Assembly: GCF_009914755.1 (NCBI RefSeq)
Contig: NC_060940.1
Origin: the human T2T-CHM13v2.0 reference genome, Homo sapiens
Length of the DNA: 64,000 nt
Direction: 5' to 3' (one strand)
The notes below the pieces were generated by a model, which did no database searches, was not told the DNA's origin, and was given only the letters and a program-made list of their open reading frames with translations. Numbering within the stretch: the first letter of the stretch is position 1; each line of letters begins with the position of its first letter. Made by a program: the position numbers and the translations under genes. This document shows, piece by piece, positions 54,345 to 64,000 of the stretch.

Positions 54345-55540
54345 TCACTGCTCACTGGCTAGGGGCCATCCACTAGAAGTGTGGCCTGTGCCCTTGGTCA
54401 ATTACCCACCCCGTAGTTGAATGTTTATGAGGCACATCTTCATGGCCACCACACCAGGCACTTTTAAATGTTGGATAAAACAAGCACAAATCCTCTGCTT
54501 TCAATTCAACTAGACATGCATGTACTCAAACACATGCCCTTTGGGCAAACAGCACATCACCTGCCTGCCCTCTGAGTTGCACCTGAGGCCCACTTTGTAG
54601 AATTAGCTTAAAACCAGTGAGCTCATCAGCTTTCAGGACATGTTATAAATGCCCCTCTCTGTACAGTTGATCTTCTTCCATTCCACCCCACCTCCCCGCC
54701 AAAAATGTCCTATTATTTTGTTTTGTTTGATATCAAAACCTGGATCTCACTGTTGATTGTCTGGCCCTCGTGTTTCTTTCTGCAGCCACTAGTCCTGAGA
54801 TAATAAGCTATAAACACTGTAATCATGTGTAAACAATACCTCTCTGAGGTGAGCTGCAAGCAAACAAGGGAGTCCAATAGCCTTCTCATGTCCTGACGGT
54901 CCTGCCTGTCCTCCTTACAGCAGCACAGATGATGGAAGGAGCCAGCCTGAGCTGCTGGACCCTGGCCAGCCAGCTGGGAGTCCTCTGGCAGGACCTGAAA
55001 TAGTGATCGAGCGGGCAGCTGGAGGTGAGGGGCTTTCAGGATCCTACCTGAGTGCTTCATAGGTGGCCACAGGGCACTTGACTCAGATCCAAGAGAGGCA
55101 CCTGGCTCCAGGCTGGCACAGTGCCAGTTTCAGAGAGTAAAGCTTGCCCTGAATGATGGTGTCTGGACTCATTTCATGTTTTATTGTTATGTGTCTCTTT
55201 AAAATTAATTCCTCAGTGAAAGACATTTGAAACCTAAGCCTCCTCATTTTCCCTCCCCATTTTATTTTCAGTTGCAGGCACTTATCCCTGCTGAAAATCA
55301 GGAGAATTACTGCTCGGCAAATTGCTGCTGGAAACTGGATTCCTGAGCAGTGCCACGCACAATTGTGGAAATACTGAAGCTTCTCCTAGGTCTAGAAACT
55401 ACCAAGGAAAGGGCAGGCCTGTCCATTTCCTGGAGCATCCAAGGCTGTGACTAGTGTGGTGATGAGGAAGTGGTGATTTCTCAAAAATGTTGGAACACAG
55501 AGATGTAGGGACTGACCTTTGAAACTCCATATGGACTAGT

Positions 55541-55733
55541 ACAGTCGTTCTCAAAGTGTGGTTCCCAGACCAGCAGCATCAGCATCACCAGGAAACTCAT
55601 TAAACATGCAGAGTTGCGATACATTCAGTCCACACCTTCCGAATCAGGAACTCTGGGGGTAGGACCCAGTGCTCTGTTTTAACAAGTTCAGCAGGAGGTT
55701 CTGATCACCACTAAAGTTTGAGAATCCCTGCTC
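55541..55733. mobile_element. MER5A
   Basis: cagtcgttctcaaagtgtggttcccagaccagcagcatcagcatcacc...aaagtttgagaatccctg. Confidence 0.85.
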
Positions 55734-55816
55734 TAGAGACAAAGGTGGTGCTTGTTGTTGTTCACAAGTAAGTAGAACACAAAAGTTTGCTTAGTTATAG
55801 AATAATCCTGTCATGC

Positions 55817-56748
55817 TGCTATAGTTTGGATATTTATCCCCCAAATCTCATGTTGAAAATTGATCGGGGCTTATTGGGAGGTGTGTTGGTCATGGGGGTG
55901 GATCCCTCGTGAATGTCTTGGTGCCCTTCTCATGCTAATGAGTGAATTCTTACTTTCTTAGTTCCTGCAAGAGCTGATTATTAGAAAGACTATCCCCTCA
56001 CTCATCTTTGTCCCCTCTCTCTTCATGAGATCTCTGCACATACCAGTCCCCCTTCCCCTTCCACCATGAGTGGAAACAGGCTGAGGCTCTCACCAGAAGC
56101 AGATGCTGGTGCCATGCTGTTTGTACAGCCTGCGGCATCATGAGCCAAATGAACTTCTTTTCCTTATAAAGCAGCAGTTCCCAACCTTTTTGACACTAGG
56201 GACCAGTTTCATGAAAGACAATTTTTCTACAGATTAGGGGCAGGATGAGGGTTTTGGGATGATTCAAGTGCATTACATTTGTTGTACACTTTATTTCTAT
56301 TACGATTACATTGTAACATATAATGAAATAATTATATAGTTCGCCATAATGTAGGATGAATGGGAGCCCTGAACTTCTTTTCCTGCAACTAGACTGTTCC
56401 ATCTGGGGATGATAGGAGACAGTGACCAATCAGGCATTAGATTCTCTTAAGGAGTGTACAACCTATTTCCCTTACATGCACAGATCACAACATAGTTTGT
56501 GTTCCTATGAGAATCTAATACCGCTGCTTATCTGACAGGAGGCAGAGCTCAGGTGGTAATGAGAGCGATGGGGAGCAACTATAAATACAGATGAAGCTTC
56601 ACTCACCCACTGCTCACCTCCTGCTGTGCGGCCCAGTTCCTAACAGATCACAGACAGGTACTGATCCATGGCCCAGGGGTTAGGTACCCCTGTTATAAAG
56701 TACCCAGCCTTGGGTATTCCTTTATAGCAACACAAACAGACTAAGACA
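55817..56748 (+). mobile_element. MSTB-type MaLR solo LTR interrupted by MER1A
   Basis: tgctatagtttggat...acagactaagaca, with perfect TSD catgc (55812-55816 / 56749-56753). Confidence 0.9.
56172..56692. mobile_element. MER1A (hAT-Charlie), 521 bp
   Basis: cagcagttcccaacctttttg...ggggttaggtacccctg termini; 8-bp TSD ttataaag. Confidence 0.9.
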
Positions 56749-56962
56749 CATGCTTTATCACAATGTATTTGCCTAAATACTTATTGAAATACTACTATGT
56801 ACTAGGATCTACGTTAGGCATTGGAGGATGTAATGGTAAATAAAAACAGACATGGTTCTTGTTCTCATGAGCTTACCTCTTAGTCAAGAGAACTGATATT
56901 AAATAAACACACAAATAAGTACATAAGTACTAATTATTTAAGCTGCTTTGAATAAAATAAGG

Positions 56963-57289
<327 letters not shown>

Positions 57290-57542
57290 TAACAATACCA
57301 AAAGACCTGATCCGGTATGCAAGATTAAGGAAAACTTAAGTTTGGAAATTATACTTAAGTTGAGATATAAAGGAAGCATAGAAATTACATTGGTAAAATT
57401 TGGAATGGAGGTGGCTTTTTCAGGCAAAGGGAACAGCACATGCCAAGACCTTGCATCTGGGTGAAAATGTCTCACTCAACTGACAAGATCAGGGTGGCCA
57501 GAGTAGAGGAATCAAAGGGCATAGAATTATGAGACAGGATGA

Positions 57543-57921
<379 letters not shown>

Positions 57922-58584
57922 ACCATTAGAGAGTTTGAAGATGGGGGAGGGGCAATGGGAGCAAATGGCATTTGGAAAAATCCCATTCTGGTTGATGCAT
58001 GGAGAATGGATTGGAAGAGGACTGTTGGGAGGGCACTGCAGTTGTTCAGGCCAGAGATGAGATAGGGGAGACCAGCATAGTGGAGGGGGAGATTCAAGAC
58101 ATCGAAGGAATTACAAGGTCTTGGGAAGAGTCTATCACAGGTCCCAGGTGAGAGTGACAAAGGTGACAAGGATGGGTCTCATTTCTGGCTTGCATGCCTG
58201 GAGGAATGGGGAAACTATTCAATGAGGTAACATCTCTGAAAAGCGTCAGGTTTCGGACAGGGTGGGTGGTGAGACACACAGAGTTAAGTTTTTAAAATGT
58301 TGAGTTTTAGCGGCCCTTGAGATTTAAAGACGTAAGATTAGAATAGGATCTCAGAGAAAAGGTTTGGGCTGAAGATATCAAAATGTGGCATGACTCACAC
58401 AGCTAAGTCTCAGGGTTGAAGCTTACAAAGAAAGTCTGAAGTGAGAAGACAACAGGTCTCAGGATCAGCCTGGAGGGACTCCAGTACCTGTGACTCGTGT
58501 AGCAGAAGTGCAATAAAATTTTTTTATAATAACATGAAGAAGAAAGAAGAGAAGGAGGGAAAAGGATGAAAAAATAAGAGTGAA

Positions 58585-58770
58585 AGAGACTGTATTGGAT
58601 TCAAGGTCTGGCTCTGCCATCTCAACAAGTTTCTTATTCCTCCAAGCCTCAGTTCCCTGTCTGTAAAATGGAAAGAAGGTGGTTCATATCTCATGTATGT
58701 ACTATGCGGATTAAATAATGTAATATTTGACACTTAGCAAATGCTCAGTGAACTTAGCAATTATTACTCT
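58585..58770 (+). mobile_element. MIR
   Basis: ggattcaaggtctggctctgcca...aagcctcagttccctgtctgtaaaatgg. Confidence 0.7.
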
Positions 58771-60029
58771 GTGGATGGCACAAGGCAGGCTCTTAATGTT
58801 ATTTATGGGAGTCATGAATGAATAAATCATTGGTTGAATAAATGATAACTATCTCCTTTCTCATATAATTATTTTTTCTGAAATCCCATTTGTTTTAAGA
58901 GTAATGGAGTCAGGGCGGAGTAGACGGCGTACGTGTGAGTTATGCATTTCATGGAGTAACCTGGAGCATGAATTTTAAGCCTCTATCTCATCAAAGAAAT
59001 GGGAAATATTAAGGCATGATTTTTTTTTTAAGACAGATTAGACAATCTGTGTTGTGTTCCTTTTCTCTAGGGAAGTAAAAGCAACCCTGTATTACCCTGT
59101 GTTACACATCTCAGGATGGATTTTGCAATTTCTCCACTGAACTTTTTCACCCTGCCTACACTTACAATTTTTAAAAGTCCATATTAGTTTGAGAGACCTC
59201 ATCTCTTAGAGCTATCATCTCCCCATGCACTTTTACGACACAGTTAAAAAGGCAAAAAATATCAAAAGTTATAAGAGACACCAACATGACTGGACAAATG
59301 AGGTGTTTCTAGGAGGTTGGAAGTAACCTTGAACTCATACATTCTGGTTTATGTGAACCCAGCAAAAGTAAGAGGGACCTCTCATTGCAAACACTTGGGT
59401 CCATCAGCCTAACCAGCCTTCTCTTTATACTAACATTTTAATTAGCATCAGACATCTGCATGGATTAAAAAAGAAATAGTAATGAGAGTGACCTGAGAGC
59501 TATTGTCATTGTATTTTATTGAGTGCCTATCCATTTAATGGCTGAAATGTAACAATTTTAAAAACCAGGGTTGTTACTAGAAAACAAACATAAAGAACAA
59601 TTGATGACACTATTGCATCTTTGGATAGAAATAAATATTTTCTTAGGATTGATTCAAGGAATTTCACTTTCTCTTTGCTTGACCCTCTGAGAACATGGGA
59701 GTGGCATGTCATAAATGTCATCTCTTAAACAATGACTTGAAGATTAATGCCAACGTGTTCCCAGTCAACAGGCATGAGTTGGCTCTACTTTGGAGGAAGT
59801 CACGGAACCAAGGATATTGCCTGGAATCTCATAAATTAAAAAGGATAATACTAATGAATAATGCAATCTGACAGTATTTATAATGGCTCCAAAATCTCAG
59901 TATAGAGATATCATGCACCATCATTCTGAAATATGCTTCTCTTCACATGTTAACCACTGTGAAAAAGAATGTATTGTGTGAACTAGTAGCATCTTAGAAA
60001 CATGATGATAATGAGAAGAACATACAATA

Positions 60030-60280
60030 ACTAGAATTTATCGGGTGCTTACATTGTGTGCTGGGAACCATGCTAAGCCTTTTTTATGCAGTAGCCATTT
60101 AATCCTTACAGTAATTCTACAGGGAAGGTACTGTTGCTCTCCTCATTTTGTGGAGAAAGAAACTGAGGTACAAAAAGATCAGATAATCCAAGGCCGCTAA
60201 CCCAAGGCCAGTAGATTAGGGAATGATGAAACTGAGATTAACAAAAAGGCTTATATGACTCCAGACAAAGCTCTCTTAAC
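60030..60280 (-). mobile_element. MIR
   Basis: tttaatccttaca...cctcattttgtggagaaagaaactgagg. Confidence 0.65.
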
Positions 60281-60407
60281 ATGAACTGGGGGGCAGTTTT
60301 ATAAGTCTCTCCCTCTAGCCAACAAATAACTCTTCCTCCTTGTTAAAAAAAAAATAGTAACAGAAGATCATATAATTAGATATATACACATTTTGTGAAT
60401 TTGAAAG

Positions 60408-60753
60408 AAAATAGGAATAGCATTGAATCTATACATTGCTTTGGGCAGTGTGGCCATTTTCATGATATTGATTCTTCCTATCCATGAGCATGGATTCTTT
60501 TTCTGTCTGTTTGTGTCCTCTCTGATTTCCTTGAGCAGTGGTTTCCAGTTCTCTTTGAAGAGGTCCTTCACCTCCCTTGTTAGCTGTATTCGTAGGTATT
60601 TGGTTCTCTTTGTTGCAATTGTGAATGGGAGTTCATTCATGATTTGGCTCTCTGCTTGTCTGTTGTTGCTGTATAGGAATGCTTGTGATTTCTGCACGTT
60701 GATTTTGAATCCTGAGACTTTGCTGAAGTTGCTTATCAGCTTAAGAAGCTTTT
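60408..60753 (-). mobile_element. Isolated internal L1PA ORF2 fragment
   Basis: Translation [30 protein letters not shown]...[24 protein letters not shown] is the L1 ORF2 region after the RT core. Confidence 0.9.
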
Positions 60754-63700
60754 AATTTTAGGTATCATTACTATTGTTGTTGTTAAGAAATAAGAAAAAC
60801 AATGGGAATTTTCAGAAAAGAAAAAAACTAGAATAGCAGAGATTTTGGAAACCGAGTCCAATGGCTTGTGTGCCGACCTCAGTTTTGTTTGTTTTGCCAA
60901 ATACCACCTGAACTATTTACTTCTATTTATGTAACTTACATTACTTATATTTATGATTCACTTTACAAACTTTAAAATGATTTTATCTAATGTGACTATA
61001 AGAACAGTCTAAAGTGTCAAACTATTACAGTTTTTAAAAATTCTGTGTGCCCCCAAGAACGTTCTGGAGCGCCAGAAATGGATTGTATTCCCCACATTGG
61101 AGACTCTGGTGAGAATGACCATGGGGAATGCAGGAGAAAAGACAAAAGAAAGCAAACAATGGCTAGGAGACGTGGTGGCTCCAGACCTCTCATCTCCAAC
61201 TTCTTTTTTCAACTTCCCAAGGAATCCCCATAGGGCATGACTCGGTTGCCTGGGAAACTCCAGTCTGTATAACCTGACCACATGTCATCCTGTGACAGAT
61301 GGGAGAGCCTGTTAGCCACACTGAGGACTTGTCATAGACATGTCACCCTAGGTCTGCACATTTCATGTACAGTGAGCTCTGAATTTAAAATCAAATGGTT
61401 ACTCATCAGGAAGGAAAGGCGTCACAAAATAAAACATGAAATGTTCTAAATTCAACAGTGGATTTAAGAGCATATAACAACACTGTGGTCTCGTGTACAC
61501 AGGCAAAAAATGCAGCAGCACCCAAATGTTTAGTTTCGAAAAAATGGAAACATCTAGTCAGTTCTACTCCCGTGTCTTCTCTGTGGTCCAATTAATCAAA
61601 TCAGAATGAACTCGAAACTGGTAGCCACTTGCCAAGCCTGCAAAAAATGTCTTATTCTGATTATTAAATAAACAACTCCTAAAAAAGGAAGTATTTTGAA
61701 GAAAGACAAACATTTTCTTCCCTCTGAATTGCAGTGTATTGAACTCCTCCCACGAGTTGGTGGTAGGAAAAGACTAAACTAGCTAGAAGCTGAGAATGTA
61801 TCAAATCATTCTTCATTCCAAACATAAGATACCAAAATGTCTAAATTGGCTCTTAAAAATTTAGCAGTGTTATTGCTTTGTCTTCCATTTTAAAGAAAAT
61901 AATTATGACACATTTTTGGATAGTAAAAGGTTTGATTATATATTTTTTCACAGAGTTTTATAAGATTAGTTTTCTCTTAAATGTGGAAGCTTCAGTGGCC
62001 AATATTAATGAATTCAATTTTGATTTCATATATTCTTTTTTAATGATTTTTTAATGTCATCATTCAGAAGGCTAGTTTTCACAACCCCAAGGCAGCCTGG
62101 TGTTGAGGTAAGAATCCACTGATTTAGACAGCAAGGTCAGAGTTTCAACCCTGACTGCTACATACAGCCTATAACGGCAGTATGCCACTCACTCTACCTT
62201 TATGATCTTTATATTCATCATAAGGAAAGTGGTAACCCTTCACATGATTGTTGGGGCTATAAGTGAAACAGTGAAGTGGGTACTCTTTGTGGTTGGACAG
62301 AAGAAAAAAATACATCTGCAAGGATACATATCAAATTCTCAACCACACTGTCCTTTAGGGTATTGAGGATTTGTGAAGGTGCATCTTGAGGAGGGGACTG
62401 AGTATATGGGGTGATGAAGGACTCCTATTTTATATTTTACACACTTCCAAACTATTTGAATGATATGTGAAAAGGAACATGCCTCATGTGTAAATATCAA
62501 AGATTAACAAGACATATAAGAATAAAAATGGCAAGAAGACAAAAAGAAGGGGTTCATGGTTCTTGATTTGTTTGCTGAACTAAGTGAAACTAAGTGGATT
62601 TCCATGCCTGTGTTCCTTCTCTCCTCAGAACCATGGGGGCTCTTCCAGGGCTGTCTCGATTCTAAGGTCAGTTGTGCAGGAGAGTCACAGGAAAGGCAGC
62701 ACCCCAGAAATCCTGGTCCACTCAAGGTCCAAACTGCCTCATTAAATAGCCTGAAATCCTTGAAGCATTAAAAAAAGAGAGTGAGAGAGAGAGAAGACAA
62801 AGAAAATGAAAACGTAAACCCCCAGCAAACTTCTGTAGTCACTCTGTTTATCATAACTATAGTCCTAACACTATTACTATCAATAATTAACAGTTACTGT
62901 AATTTTGCTATGGTCTTGGGATTATGCTTAGTATTTTTAAATCAATGTTTCATTTAATGTTTGCACAATATTTGAAGACATTATTATCATCCCCATTGTG
63001 GACACGTGAAAACTCATGCTAGAGGGTTCAGGTAACTGAGCTGTAGTCACAGGTTACCAAGTTATGAAGCTGCAAACCAAATTCCAGCAACCTGGAATGC
63101 TACATGGGATTGAACAGCAGAAGCTTAACAGTACTAAAGAAGAGAAGTTGGCAAACTCGTTCTTTCTGAATACAGTTGAGTTTCTTGTGGCCTTGGATTA
63201 CAGACTCAACATCATTAGTGTTATAAGGGATGGTGCAGGTCTTTGAGTTCGATCTCTCTGTCAGTAAGAGAGAGTAAAGAATCTTTTCCACATATCTATG
63301 ACAGATGATCTTCTATCTCTGTTTAAACAGCTCTAATAAAAGAAAATTCAAGATATATGTGAACAAATCTTTGCACTGCTGAATAATTCCACTCATTATA
63401 ACCTCTTCCTTAAATGAAGCATAAATTGGTTGCCCTAAGAAATTGCACCAAAGACCTTGGTTCTCGTATCTGGAGAGCCACATAGGTACGTGTTACCTCT
63501 TCTGTAGAATAATGTGATAATGTTTGAAAGATATGAATGCAATGCTAAATTTGGGTGGTTTCTCTAAAAGAGAAAGTAGAGTCTGGGCTTAAGCAACCAC
63601 GGTTCTAGACTCAAACCTCACTTTGGCTCTTTGCTAGCCATTAATCTTTGAGCAAGTTCCTTAAATTCTGAGTCTCTATCTATTTGAATCTACAAATTGA

Positions 63701-64000
63701 GGAATACAGTATCCTTGCCATAGGACTTATGAGAACAAATATGAAGTTCCCAGTGCAGGATAGTGCCAGGCACAGAATAAGTATCTAGGACGTGTTGGTT
63801 TTCTCTTCTTTCACTCTTTTGTTTATCTTTCTGATTTCTCTCTAGTGTTTTTATGAACCTCTTGAAACATGAGACTCTCACATAGACACAGTCCTCCAGA
63901 TGACTCTAATGCAAAGGAAGGTAAAGAAAGGCTGGACTGCAGATCTCATGACATAAACAGTGATTTTCTATTTAAATGTCTTCATTATTCCGAAGATACA

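Noticed and set aside
54713-55060. 115-aa minus-strand ORF in a moderately GC-rich upstream block
   Set aside because: No recognisable homology, promoter or convincing splice structure.

Overview
Primate (almost certainly human) genomic DNA containing the 5' end of ADAMTS18 on the minus strand. It has a CpG-island promoter (~38560-39480) and three coding exons (38739-38828, 38551-38638, 35427-35743; 495 nt, 165 codons of signal peptide and prodomain). Intron 3 runs off the left edge (>35 kb). The ~24.5 kb to the right is upstream sequence. The rest is interspersed repeat (about 18 Alus, L1, L2, MIR, MaLR/ERVL solo LTRs, hAT and Tigger DNA transposons), often nested with readable target-site duplications (TSDs). 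I cannot support any new protein-coding gene or multi-gene system. The most interesting signal is at the ADAMTS18 5' end: a start-stop uORF, a 21-codon uORF ending 2 nt before the main ATG, a 100-nt GC-AG first intron hiding an in-frame ATG that gives a compact signal peptide, an in-frame alternative exon-2 donor adding a second furin-type motif, and plus-strand splice signals suggesting an overlapping antisense RNA. Other notable items are a ~100-bp twin-primed L1 insertion, a 45-bp inverted duplication with template-switch-like scars, and a candidate recursive or cryptic splice site. Repeat boundaries are approximate and subfamily names are from memory of consensus sequences, not from a search.
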